From positions 20,894,001 through 20,958,000 of the forward strand of contig JBHGNT010000013.1 of NCBI GenBank assembly GCA_043228905.1: a stretch of DNA of 64,000 nt, in the 5' to 3' direction. The notes beneath the pieces were generated by a model. The model worked only from the letters and a program-made list of their open reading frames with translations, searched no databases and had not been told where the DNA came from. This DNA comes from Azolla caroliniana. Lineage: Eukaryota; Plantae; Polypodiophyta. The first letter of the stretch is position 1; each line of letters starts with the position of its first letter. The position numbers and the translations under genes are program-made. Below, in pieces: positions 23,867-36,994 of this stretch.

Positions 23867-26800
23867 GTAAGCATGGTGTTATCAATAGGGTATGCGATGT
23901 GTATGAACCCTTGATGAAGACTTTGCAATTGCAAAGTGATGCATGAAATGTATTCTTAAGTGTTAAGAATTAGGTAATTAAGCAAGGGTTAATAAGTACC
24001 TAATTATGTGATTAAGTTAAGCGGAAGATTAAGTGATATGTGTGTGTATGTGTGTGAGAGGAAGAGAGAGAGAAGTACACTTATGAGCAACACAGATGGG
24101 GGATGATTAACTCTAAATTAAATTAGCAGTATCATCATCAAATACAAAAATACCTACAATGAGGTATATATCGATCTCATGTGCAAGGGTGCACATGTGT
24201 GAGGATATTATAGGTACAAAAGTGTAAGTCCTATATTAAATGTACTTGGGAGTGGAGGATCTAGAATATCCCACTTAAGTACAAGGTGCTAGTTAAGGCG
24301 TTATAGTCAACACTTCTAACTAGATTCGATCTAGGTAACTATGAAGTCACATGGTTGACTAACTAACTAAACTAAGTTGAGGTTGATCTTTCAACACGCC
24401 CCCTTAAGCTCAAGTGTAAGGCGTCCGACATCCAGTTCTGCTTTTGGCGTTGTCCGGCTTTTGATGTCGGCTTTTGTGCAGCTTCTGTCCGACCTTCAAC
24501 TTTCTTCCTTGTGGCAATCTCGGGTCCTCCCCCCCAAGCCGGTTGCGAAGGCTTGTAGTGTGTGGGCGAAGGCCGACTACTTCCACCCATCGTGGGGTAC
24601 GAGCCGCTTCGGTGGAGCTCTTGGGCTCTTGTTTAGCCGCTACCTTCCTCGTGAAGGCATATTGATGGGCCATGTACTCGTTGTAGTTGAGCCGAGTGAC
24701 AGGGTTCTTAGCTCTAGATGAGCGTCGAAGTTTTTCGCCCGCTGATGTGAGCGCCTTCTTTACTCCGGGTGTTCGCATGATGGGTACACCAAACTCAATG
24801 TCTAGTGAGCGAGCCGACACATCCGAATCACTGTCGTCTAGGTGGTCGACTTCGTATTCGGGCATCTTACCTTTGCCTTTTCCCAAGGTACTACTTGGCC
24901 GCGATGCGCTTGGGTCGCGCAGGGGCTCTTGTGGCCTATTAAGCCTTGTCGTAATCGGACTTTCTTCGAACATATGTTCAAAGTGATCTCCATCTTCTAC
25001 CTCTTGTTCGGCAGATTTCAGGTCGAGTGGAGTGAGAGTTGAAGTTGTCTCCAGTGCATACCAGGATGCGGACTCGTCGAAGACTATGTCTCGACATACC
25101 CGAACCGGTCGGGTAGAAGGGTTGTAGCACTTGTATGCCTTCTTCTTGGACGAGTATCCTATGAGGATACATTCCTCCGACTTCGCATTGGGCTTTTGTC
25201 ATTGTTTGTTCGGGATGTGTACATTTGCAATACATCATGAACTTCCTTCCGACGAGGAGCTCGTATGGAGCTAGCTCATGCACTCCATTAGTGGTGCATC
25301 GATTCATGAGATAGACGGCCGTGGATGCCCTTCGGCCCAATAGAAATTCTTCATGTGCTTCTCATGCATCATGGCGCGTGCTACCTTGAGTATTTGCCGA
25401 TTCTTTCTTTCGGCTACTCCATTTTGTTGGGGTGTGTGTCGGCACAAGAATTCTCTCTGAATGCCTTCATTTTTGAGGTAGGAGGTGAATTCATCGGAGA
25501 AGTACTCCTTTCCTCCGTCTGATCGTAGGCATCGAATGTGCCGACCGATTTCTTTTTCGACTTGTCCCTTGAGTTTTTGAAAATGGGAGAGCACTTCACT
25601 CTTCTTCTCCATCGGAAAGATCCACGTGTAGCGGGAGTAGTCGTCGATGAAGGTGACGTAGTATCGGCATCCGCCGATCATCGGCGTTTGAGCTGGTCCC
25701 CATACATCCAAGTGTAAGATGTTGAGGAGGCCTTTGCTTGTGGAGCTCATTTGCCGACCTTGTTCGGAATGGGAGCCCCCCCTTCTTTCAAAGGTTCCTT
25801 GATCATGGCTTCCGTCATCTTGATGTCGAAGGTTTGAGCTCCCTTCGTGAGATGGGTCGAATCGACCTCTTCTACCGCCTCAACCTCGTCCTCGCCCACC
25901 ATCCGAATTCGAGAAGAACATTTGTCCTTCCGATGTCTTGGTTTTCATTTGGACATGGTTCTCTTCAACCATTAGCATTGATTAAAGGTCAAAGAACAAG
26001 GGAGAATTTTCCCTCACCAAGGTTGCCGTCCTGAACGAGTTGAATCGTTGAGCGAGGCCGCCCAAGCATACTTGAACCATCTCGTCTTCGTCGACGTTTA
26101 TTTTGATGGAGCCAAGTGAGTCACAAATGTTCTTGATCTTGGCGGTGTAGTCCGACACAGACATGTCTTTTTGCCGAATGTTCATCAACTCTTGTCGGAG
26201 TTGAAGCTTTCAGGCGGTTGAGTTGGCGGCGAACATTTTCTTTAAGTTCGCCCACGTTTCTTTAGGCGTCTTGGCGTTTCGAATGTGGCTAAGCATGTGG
26301 TCCTGGACACATGTTGCCAAGCAATACACAACTTGACTCACCTCTTGCTCCTATGCTGCGTAGTCGGCGTTCTTTGAGTTGGGTCGATTTTCTTGTGCGC
26401 CGTTGATGTAGCTCCAATACCCTTGGCTGACAAGCTATTGGTTCATCTTGTACTCCCAAGATGAATAATTGCTTTGGTCTAGCTTTTCACTAGGGAGCGA
26501 GCTACCCATTTGTGTGTTCATTTTGATGTAGTGTTTTCCTTTTTCGATTTCCTTCGCTCAATCACTTACTCATGCTACGTAGCGGCACTACGGTAGCGGA
26601 TAACTAGATTTTGCTGTCGGCGTCTCGAACACACAATCAAGGAGTCAGGTGGGCTTAGTGGATTTTCTAAACCACACTCTCTAATACTATGTTAAGAATT
26701 AGGTAATTAAGCAAGGGTTAATTAGTACCTAATTATGTGATTAAGTTAAGTGGAAGATTAAGTTATATGTGTGTGAGAGGAAGAGAGAGAGAAGTACACT

Positions 26801-28684
26801 TATGAGCAACACAAGATGGGGGATGATTAACTCTAAATTAAATTAGCAGTATCATCATCAAATACAAAAATACCTACAATGAGGTATATATCGATCTCAT
26901 GTGCAAGGGTGCACATATGTGAGGATATTATAGGTACAAAAGTGTAAGTCCTAGGATATCCCACTTAAGTACAAGGTGCTAGTTAAGGCGTTATAGTCAA
27001 CACTTCTAAGTAGATTCTATCTAGGTAACTATGAAGTTACATGGTTGACTAACTAACTAAACTAAGTTGAGCATGATCTCTCAACATTAAGTTTAAGAAA
27101 CTTCAAAGTAGTGTATATGATTCACTTCCTTGCAGATGTACTTAAAAAATCATGTCTACGTTAAGTATAGAATTCCAAATGGAATATGTGGATGTGACAT
27201 GCATTGGAGGTTTGGCTATGATAGCCATTGGGGAGATAGAAGAACAATTTCTGCATCATGTTATGATGGATCTCAATGGTTTTGAGAAGGATAGCAATAA
27301 TTATCCAGTTATTCGGAATATGGTCGAGAAAAAGTAGTTTTACGAGATGCCACAAAAGGTAATATGTATAAAAGCATCCTCATTGATAGAAGTATTGATG
27401 GCGAGGACTTAATTGAAGCCATACGATTCCAAACTTTGTTTTCTAAGCCAGTAATAGAGACAATAAAAAAGATGCTTCAAGATCCGGTGACTCTTTCAAC
27501 ATTGAAAATGGAAAATGTTATCACCAATGAACATGTCTACCAGATATACAAGCATTTTACTAGCACGAAAAACTATGGGTCTTAATGATTTGAAAACACT
27601 TGGAAATGTTTACGGCATTAAAAAAATGATAGATGGGAAAGAAGTTTTTGCCATAATTGATAATGATAAATTGTATGATTAATATGCAATTTTCAAAAGG
27701 CAAGCTACCACGTAATGGCTTCAAAGAGATTTCTTAGATGTTTGGGGTATGATAAATTGTAAAGATGTGTGGAAAGAAAAGCTACCCGAGCTTCTAAAGC
27801 TTTCATTGATAGGGCTAATTCAATGTTCTTCTATGGAAGCATGTGAGAGAGGCTTTAGTCGCCTAAATCTAATAAAAAATAAGTTCAGAAATAGCCTAAA
27901 AAGCGATATGGTTGATGCATTAATACGATTCTCTATTGAAGGACTTGAACTAGAAGAACATGACTTCAATGCCAACATTTAGTTGTGGTGAGAGAGCAAG
28001 GCATATCGTCATATTTTTACAGGAACTTCTCATGAAATAGAAGATGACTTCGAGGACTTCATAGAAGATATAGGTTGAAATTTTGTAGATTTGATCAATT
28101 TTGTTTTGAAACTTTATATATATTAGGTTTAATTTTATCTAATATGTTGTTAATGCTAGTTTACAAAGTTTTGAAATGTGAATTTTGTTTACAATGTTAC
28201 TAAAGGTTTTTGGTAAATATATATATTTAGTTTTTGGGATCCGAAATTTTGTGATTGATTTGATTTGGTGTTGTGCAGTATGTGCTAAATGTTTTTTATC
28301 AACATGTTCTGGTTGACATTGTCGCTAGTAGGAACGTGGCTAGTTGAAATTTTAAAATTCCAGTTAGGTTGATAAGAAGCATGAAAATTTCCAGTAGGGG
28401 CTAGAGACTTTGCCCAACACTGGTTGTGACCTTGTATTGAATTATACATGTCCTTGACGATTGTTGTAGATCCTACATTGCTCTTCAAGGCATTCCTAGG
28501 TATATATAGTTAGCATCAAATCTTGATAAATTTTGATCTCGTGTTATGATTATATGTCATTGGTAACAATTGACAACAATTCCGTTCGGTTCAAGAGTGT
28601 AAAACTCAAACCGTTTAAGAAATTTGAAACTTAAATTGAATTGAACTGAATCATGAAAGAATTTAAACTGAATTTAAACTGAAC
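23867..28684 (+). mobile_element. hAT DNA transposon relic (C-terminal part of transposase plus 3' region), interrupted by copia E
   Basis: LPELLKLSLIGLIQCSSMEACERGFSRLNLIKNKFRNSL (27749-27982) is the hAT dimerisation motif. HFLADVL-like stretch at ~27123. Homologous to 39323-40500. Confidence 0.85.
23961..27086 (-). mobile_element. Ty1/copia element E, internally deleted (gag and integrase only)
   Basis: TSD TTAAG at 23956-23960 and 27087-27091. LTRs 23961-24396 and 26690-27086. PPT complement CGCCCCCTT at 24397. Degenerate Met PBS at ~26679-26689. HLDVWGP, RSDGGKEY and PQQNGVAERKNR. Confidence 0.95.
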
Positions 28685-30832
28685 CACGACGTAGGCTATG
28701 ATATGAGCTAATAAAATCTAAGATTTAAAATTCAAGCCAAAAGACATGAAGGAAAATGTAAAGTTGTGGTAGAAGTCATGCAGGGCCAAGCAAGAGTGCT
28801 GGCATAAATAAAAAAGGTCATGGCATCCTTATATGATATCGTATTTCAGAGTTCATACAGTTAAATCGAAGCCAACTATGTAGGATATGATATGAGCTAA
28901 TAAAATCTAAGCTTTGAAATTCAAACCAAGAGACATGAAGGAAAATGTAAGGTTCTGGTAGAAGTCATGCAGGGGAAAACAAGAGCGCGCACATGAATCA
29001 AAAAGGTAATGGCGTCCTCAAAGGATATCGGATTTCCAAGTTCAAATAGTTGACTCGAAGCCCACGACATAGGATATATGATATGAGCTAATAAAATCTA
29101 AGTTTTGAAATTCAAGGCAAGAGACATGAAGGAAAATGTAAAGTTGTGGTAGAAGTCATGCAGGGACAAACAAGAGCGCCCACATGAATCAAAAAGGTCA
29201 TGGTGCCCTCATATGATATTGGATTTCCGAGTTAAAATAGTTAAATCGAAGCCAACGACGTAGGCTATGATTTCAACTAACAAAATCATAGCTTTGAAAT
29301 TCAAATCAAGCGACATGAAGGAAAATGTAAAGTTGTGGAAGAAGTCATGCAGGGGCAAGCAAGAGCGCCCACATGAATCAAAAAGGTCATGACATCCTCA
29401 TATGATATCGTATTTGAGAGTTCAAATAGTTGAATCGAAGCCAACTATGTAGGATATGATATGAGCTAATATAATCTAAGCTTTGAAATGTAGGCCAAGA
29501 GACATGAAGGAAAATGTAAAGTTGTGGTAGAAGTCAAGTAGGGGAAAACAAGAGCGCCCACACGAATCAAAAAGGTAATGGCGTCCTCATATGTTATCTG
29601 ATTTCCGAGTTCAAATAGTTGAATCGAAGACAATGACATAGGCAGGCCATGATATGAGCTAATAAAATTGAAGCTTTGAAACTCAAGACAAAAGACATGA
29701 AGGAAAATGTAAAGTTGTGTTAGAAGTCAATACGGGGCAAACACGAGTGCCCACATGAATCAAAAAAGTCATGGAGTCCTCATATGATATCGGATTTCCG
29801 AGTTCATATAGTTGAATCAAAGCCAACGACATAGGCTATCATATCAGCTAATAAAATCTATGTTTTGAAATATACGCCAAGAGACATGAAGGAATATGTA
29901 AAGTTGTGGTCGAATACATGGAGGGGCAAGCAAGAGTGCCGACATTAATAAAAAAGGTCAGGGCGTCCTCATACGATATCATATTTCCGAGTTCAAATAG
30001 TTGAATCAAAGCCAACAACGTAGGCTCTAATATCAGCTAATGAAATCTAAGCTTAGAAATTCAAGCCAAGAGAGATGAAGGAAACTGTAAAGTTGTGGTA
30101 GAAGTCAATCAGGGGCAATCACGAGCGCCCACATGAATCAGAAAGGTCATGGCATACTCATAATATAGGATTTCAGAGTTCAAACAATGACTCGAAGCCA
30201 ACGCTCTAGGCTATGATATGAGCTTATAAAATCTAAGCTTTGAAATTCAAGCCAAGAGACATGAAGGAAAATGTAAAGTTGTGGTAGAAGTCATGCAGGG
30301 GTAAAACAAGAGCGCCCACATGAATAAAAAAAGGTAATGGCGTCCTCATATGATATCAGAGTTCCGAGTTCAAATTGTTGAATCGAAGCCAATGATGTTG
30401 GCTATGATATTAGCTAATAGAATCGAAGATTTGAAATTCAAGACAACAGACATGAAGGAAAATGTAAAGTTGTGGTAGAAGTCAATCAGGGGCGAACACG
30501 AGCCACCACATGAATCAAAAAGGTCTTGGCGTAATCATATGATATCGGATTACATAGTTCAAATAGTTAAATCGAAGCCAACGAGGTAGGCTATGATATC
30601 AGCTAATAAAATCTATGTTTTTAAATATAGGCCAAAAGAAAGGAATGAAAATGTAAAGTTCTCATAGAAGACATGGAGGGGTAAGCAAGAGCGCTGACGT
30701 AAATAAAAAAGGTCATGGCATCCTTATATGATATCGGATTTCTGAGTTCAAATAGTTGACTTGAAGCCAATGACGTAGGTTATCATATGAGCTAATAAAA
30801 TCTAAGCTTTGAAATTCAAGCCAAGATACATG
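28685..30832. repeat. Satellite array, ~189-bp monomer, ~11 diverged copies
   Basis: GACATGAAGGAAAATGTAAAGTTGTGG anchors at 28743, 28932, 29123, 29312, 29501, 29694, 29883, 30072, 30258, 30449, ~30638, ~30827. Confidence 0.97.
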
Positions 30833-31500
30833 TGTTGGGATTTCGGTCCCTCCGGATGGGATGTCCGGAGATGAATGACGGCAAGCCCGGTTGCGGTTAC
30901 GGAGCCGGATGATGAAGACCCCGGCTACGGAGCCGGATGACGAATGTACCCGGAGAGAGATCCGGATGCGGGGACATATTTGTGAATATGTTTGCCCAGA
31001 GCCCTTGAGGTTATATTTGTAAATAGCCCGAAAGTCATATGGGTATAAATATGACTTAGGGCAAACAGTTTAGTTGTTGTTGCTTAATTTTCTGTTTCAC
31101 TGAGGGAGAGTGAAGGAGAGCAGCCGCGAGAGAGAGAGAGAGAGACGAAGAGGTCGTTGCCTCTGTGTATTGCCGCCGCCTGTGGCGAAGACAGTGAGCC
31201 CAAGGTTGTTGCCTTGAAGCTTCACCATTGTACATCCCTGTTCATAGTGATAGTTGGAGTTTGAGGACTCCCGTGGTTTTTCCCATTTAGGGTTTTCCAC
31301 GCAAAATATCCTGTGTACTCTTCTCTCTATAGTCTTCGTGTACTTTGTATTTCCTATTTGCTGTGAGTTGATCCTATTCCTCGGTTGTGGCCGAGCACCG
31401 TTTGCAACAAAGTGGTATCAGAGCGACGGTAACACAGAAAATGGAAGGCGGCAGCAGCGGGCAGCCGGGGATGATGGTGCTAAATGCGCAGAACTACGTC
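30833..31500 (+). mobile_element. Ty1/copia element F 5' end (LTR 30833-31409, Met PBS, gag start); related to element B
   Basis: TGTTGGGA...GCAACA; TGGTATCAGAGC at 31413-31424; ATG at 31441 (MEGGSSGQPGMMVLNAQNY). LTR shares blocks with 5661-6466. Confidence 0.9.
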
Positions 31501-31810
31501 TAAATGCTAAATTGGTTCAACGCCAGTCTTAAGCCTCTTAGCCGCTTTGTAGTTATCTTTTCACATAATATATTAGCTGTTGTCATCATCTTTCTCTCTC
31601 TCTCATCCTCGCTATCTCTCTCTCTCCTCTTCTCACTTCCTCTCTCGGGAATCTCACGCAGTCCAGTCTTCTTAGTACTAATAGTACTTCCCTTCTTAGT
31701 ACTAATTCCATCTCTGCTTTAGTACTATTCCTGACAGTTTGAACCAATTTTTTCCTTTCCTCCAGCCTACTTGTCGTTCTCCCTCATCCTCCTACCCTTT
31801 TCCCTATACT

Positions 31811-32719
31811 ATGGCTACTGTTAGTGCCCAAGAATATCAATCCGTTTTCTCCGAGTTACAGTGCCTAAAAGAAAAGTTTGTTGTCCTGGAACAAGAAAAC
31901 CAATGGTTGATAGGGGATCTGCAACAAATCGCTCTCGAAAAACAACAAACACAACAACAACATGGGGAGTTAGCATTACGGGTACAACAACTCGAAGCAG
32001 CGTTGCAACAACAAGGATCAAGTCCCCAAGGATTTCATAAAGAGCGCAAGATTGGACTTCCTGTGAAATTTGATGGAACGCGATCGCAATTCCGGGGATT
32101 CCTTAATCAGGTATGCTTAGTCATCCAGATGCATCCTTCCCGATATCCCACTGATGCATCTCGAGTCGCACTAATAGGCACGTTACTTAGCGGCTCAGCC
32201 TTGGCATGGTTCGCTCCGCTTCTAGAAAAACAATCACCCTTGCTTAATAACTTTGAAGATTTTATTGGTGAGTTTAAAACCTGCTTTGGAGATACCGACA
32301 ACATCAGGACGGCGATCAACAAGATCCGAAGATTGCGTCAAGGCGATCGTCCAGCCTCTGCCTACGCGGCGGATTTCCGTCTACTCGCCACAGATATTCC
32401 CTGGGATGATCATTCCCTCATGGAGCAGTTTCACTACGGCTTGTGCAATGATGTCAAAGATCTGCTTTTAACCTTCCTCGAAGAACCAAAGTCTCTTACG
32501 GAGGCAATCAGTCGAGCGGTCCAATGCGACAACCGCCTTTTCGAACGGCGTTCGGAGCGTCAGTTACAAATACCACGCTCTCGGCCGGAACCCACATACG
32601 CCTCAGTCACGACTAAACCATTTGCACGCGATGTACCTCAAGCCAATATTCCGACACCGATGGAGATCGACACCATGCGTCGACGCGGCCCGTTATCGGA
32701 AGAAGAAAAACAACGATGA
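31811..32719 (+). CDS. Gag of chromovirus 1 (premature stop before the zinc knuckle)
   Basis: Within ORF 31739-32719; first in-frame ATG at 31811. Coiled coil, capsid motifs and PTPMEID. Confidence 0.85.
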   Translation: MATVSAQEYQSVFSELQCLKEKFVVLEQENQWLIGDLQQIALEKQQTQQQHGELALRVQQLEAALQQQGSSPQGFHKERKIGLPVKFDGTRSQFRGFLNQVCLVIQMHPSRYPTDASRVALIGTLLSGSALAWFAPLLEKQSPLLNNFEDFIGEFKTCFGDTDNIRTAINKIRRLRQGDRPASAYAADFRLLATDIPWDDHSLMEQFHYGLCNDVKDLLLTFLEEPKSLTEAISRAVQCDNRLFERRSERQLQIPRSRPEPTYASVTTKPFARDVPQANIPTPMEIDTMRRRGPLSEEEKQR

Positions 32720-35700
32720 CGTGCCAATCGATTATGCCTTTATTGCGGTGGACCAGGGCATATCGCCATCAATTGTCCCCATAGGCCAAGAAGACAGGTA
32801 AATCAAATCGTCGCCTGTACTAAACCCGAGTCAATTCTTCCCTTCGGAGTGTCTGATAGTATTAATAGTACTAATAGAGTGTTAGATAGTATTCATAGTA
32901 CTAATAGCCCAAGTATCTCAAACAAATTTGAAATCCTTAGTCAATTAGATGAAGAGTTAAACGATTGAGTCCAGCCAAAATAGGAGCCGTTTGGTTGGAC
33001 AACAGCCCTAGATCTGTACAGCCCATTAGTGGTTCCATTCCTTCCAAGCTAATTAGCAATGTGTTCCTAGCCCAAGTCATTGTTAGTACTAAAAGTACTC
33101 CCCCAGTACCCGTCCTAGCACTCTTAGATTCCGAGGCTAATTCTTGTTTCATGGATCGAAATTTTGCCCAAGCTTCTCAGATATCCCTAAGAAAACTTCC
33201 TTGTCCCGCATCTATAGTAGTCATTGATGGTCGTCCCATTGCTTCCGGGAATATTGTAGAAGAATCAGAACCCATTCAAGTTGTCCTAGGTAGTTTTGTG
33301 TGTGTAATATCATTTAATATAATTAGTAGTCCAGAGCATCCCATTGTCCTAGGATTACCTTGGTTTGAATTACATAATCCAGCCATAGATTGGAGAACAA
33401 GAGAAGTCCGATATCGACCACCCCAAGAATCTACTCACCGAGTTTCGACCATTTCACTCCATCAATTACGTGATGAAGGACACAAGGAGGCAATGTTCCT
33501 ATTTGCAATATCAGTACATCCTTCCAACACTATTAAGAAGGACTCCTCAGTACAACTTCCGGCAAAATATCATCCTTATGCCGATGTATTTGACAAGGTA
33601 AAAGCCGGTACCCTTCCTCATCACCGTCCCTATGACTGTCCCATCGATTTACAACCAGGAACCGAGCCACCATGGGGACCAATTTACAACTTGTCACCCA
33701 CTGAGTTAGAAGTCCTTCGAGCCTACATAGAGGAGAACTTGGCAAGCGGGTTCATCCGTCATTCCAGATCTCCGGCCGGTGCACCCATCTTCTTTGTCAA
33801 GAAGAAAGATGGCTCACTTCGTCTCGTCGTTGGTTACCGCGGATTGAATAAGGTCACCATCCGGAATAGGTATGCACTTCCTCTTATATCAAGTCTTTTA
33901 GAGCGAGTTAATGGTGCCTAGTTTTTTACCAAAATCGATCTACGAGGAGTGTATAACCTCGTGCGGATCAGACCGGGAGATGAATGGAAGACCGCCTTTC
34001 GCACGTGGTATGGGCATTTCGAGTATACTGTTATGCCGTTCAACCTAACCAATGCACCCACAGTCTTCCAACACATGGCAAATGATATATTCAAAGACCT
34101 CTTGGATATCTATTTGATCATCTATCTTGATGATCTATTGATTTATTCGAAGACCCAGCAAGAGCACGATTCTCATGTACTATTAGTACTAAAGCGACTC
34201 CGCGAGAATGGTCTTTATGCCAAGCTAGAAAAATGTAGCTTTGCCTGCAAGCAAGTGGAGCTTCTAGGCTACGTCATCTCCTCAAAGGGCATCGCCATGG
34301 ATCCAGCTAAAGTCCAAACTGTACTAGAGTGGCAAATTCCATGGTCGGTACGAGATGTACAATGTTTTCTAGGTTTTGCTAACTTCTACCGTAAGTTTAT
34401 ACAGGATTACTCGAAGATTATCTTACCCCTCACACAACTTACGAAGAAGGGCCAAGCATTTCTTTGGTCCATTGAAGCAGATATGGCTTTTCGGCATCTT
34501 AAGAAAGCCTTTACATCAACACCGATTCTAGCTCATGTGGATACTAGCAAACCATTCATCATGGAGGCCGATGCTTCAAATTTCGCCCTCGGTAGCATCC
34601 TTTCTCAACAAGGAGATAAAGAAGAGTTGCATCCGGTGGTTTTCCATTCGCGCAAATTCGATGTTGCGGAAATCAACTATGAAATACATGACAAGGAGTT
34701 ATTAGCCATCGTGGATTCATTTGTGCAATGGCGGCATTTCTTAGAGGGCTCTCCACATCAGGTCGTTGTCTTTAGTGATCATAAAAATCTTGCTTATTTC
34801 CAGAACGCTCGCGTACTAAATCGACAGCAAGCTCGGTGGGCGCAATTGCTCACGCGTTTCGACTTCAAAATCACATATTGACCGGGGAAGCAACATGGAA
34901 AAGCAGATGCACTATCACGGCGTTCATATCTTGCACCTCGTCCTGGTGATCCAACATTTGATAATCAAAAGCAAGTAATCTTGGGACCAACACGATTGCA
35001 CACGACGCGGATTTTTCACACCCCGATGGATTCACGGATTACCGATGACATACGTGCAAATTTGAAGACGGATAATTTTGCTCAAGACATCCTGGTGCAC
35101 ATTGATACTTCTCGGGCATCCTATTCTCAGTCTGAACAACCAGGTATTTACTACGGACAATTCGAATATCATGATGGTTTGTTATTCTATTAAAAGCGCG
35201 TATATGTCCCCGATTGCTCTTGTCGCCTTCAAATCGTCTAGCATTGTCACGACACCCATACGGCGGGACATTTCAGTAGTACTAAGACGTTGGAGCTAGT
35301 GCAACGATCTTTTTGGTGGCCCCACATGCGCCGTTTTGTCGACGACTACGTTCGGACCTGTGATGCTTGCTACCGAGCAAAGATGGCACGACACCATCCA
35401 TATGGCTTGTTGGAACCCTTACTGATTCCAAGTAAGCTATGGCAGTCTATTTGTCTTGATTTTATCATAGATCTGCCGGTCTCGCAGGGGTTCGATGCTA
35501 TCTTAACCGTCGTCGATCGATATACGAAGATGGCACATTTTGTTCCGTGTACTAAGGCCATCACTAGTGAGGAAACCGCCGCCCTAGTCATGCGTGAGGT
35601 ATTTCGGCATCATGGCCTCCCAGACAGTATCATCAGTGACCGAGGACCGCAATTTGTCTCCAAATTTTGGCAACATCTCTTCAAGATGCTCAAGGTCTCT

Positions 35701-36324
35701 TGCAACCTCTCCTCCGACTACCATCCTCAGACCGATGGGCAGGCAGAACGAACAACCCAAACGCTGGAGCAATATCTCCGGTGTTTCCTGAGTTATCAAC
35801 GAGATGATTGGGCCGAGATTCTCCACTTTGCGGGGTTTGCGTATAATAATGTTGTTCACTCCTCGACTCGAGTCTCCCCATTCTATGCTTATACCGGTTC
35901 TCATCCTCGCTGGTCGGTGATCGACACCCTGGAGCTACCTACCAATCCTCGTGCCGGGGATCATTTGGAGAGACTACGCAAGATCCAGACAGATCTCTCG
36001 ACTCAACTTCGTCATGCTCAACAGACACAGAAGACTTACGCGGATCGTCATCGGCTTCCCTCCTCTTTTGCCATCGGAGATCGAGTATGACTCTTACGTC
36101 GTCACATCAAGACTACTCGACCGTGCGACAAGTTGGATTATCGATGACTCGGTCATTTCCGTATTACGGGTAAAGTTAATCCTGTCACATTCCGCCTTGA
36201 TCTCCCTCCGCAGCTTCAGATACATCCGGTTTTCCATTGTTCTCTTCTTGAACCTTATAAAGCAAACACCATTCCCGATCGTGTTACACCACCGCCGCCC
36301 CCGCTGGAGTTGGATGCCGGCTTG

Positions 36325-36500
36325 GAGTATGAAGTTGATACCATCCTCGATTCCAAACTTATTCGCAACAAACTTTATTATTTGGTCGATTGGGTTGGTT
36401 ATAGTCCGAGCGAAACGCACTTGGGAACCCGTCGAGCATGTTGCCAATGCTCAAGATCTGCTTGCTGATTTCCACCGAAAGTATCCGGACAAACCCGGTC
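36325..36500 (+). pseudogene. Integrase C-terminal chromodomain (frameshifted)
   Basis: EYEVDTILDSKLIRNKLYYLVDWVGYSPSE / RTWEPVEHVANAQDLLADFH. Confidence 0.9.
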
Positions 36501-36994
36501 CGCAATCAGCGCCGACTCGTTCCACTCGTCGTCGTTAAGGGGGAGATAGTGTCATGATATGGCAAGACTCGAACCCATGACCTTATGGTATATGGGTCGA
36601 GCTCTTAACCATCACACCATCTATTGTAATTCATAGGATATTATTTTCATTTATGTTTTATTATAAGAAAGTAATGTATATTCCAGATTTCTCTAGAACA
36701 TTCTAGAAGTTTAAGGATTACTCCTGACAACACTATAAAAGAAGGCACTAGGCATTATGTTGAACCAAATTGGTTCAACGCCAGTCTTAAGCCTCTTAGC
36801 CGCTTTGTACTTATCTTTTCACATAATATATTAGCTGCTGTCATCATCTTTCTCTCTCTCTCATCCTCGCTATCTCTCTCTCTCCTCTTCTCACTTCCTC
36901 TCTAGGGAATCTCACGCAGTCCCGTCTTCTTAGTACTGATAGTACTTCCCTTCTTAGTACTAATTCCATCTCTGCTTTAGTACTATTCCTGACA

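Larger units (their letters stand above)
31509..36994 (+). mobile_element. Tcn1/Tf1-like chromovirus 1 (gypsy), near-complete but with stops; 5' LTR lacks U3
   Basis: Partial 5' LTR 31509-31736 equals 36767-36994; full 3' LTR 36550-36994 follows a purine tract. Gag KFDGTRSQFRGFL and CLYCGGPGHIAINC; PR LLDSEA; [17 protein letters not shown] and YLDDLL; RH EADASNFALG; INT SDRGPQF and HPQTDGQAER. Confidence 0.95.

Noticed and set aside
28685-30832. CRISPR-like or coding repeat array
   Set aside because: The whole 189-bp monomer is repeated with no unique spacers and no long ORF; it is a satellite.
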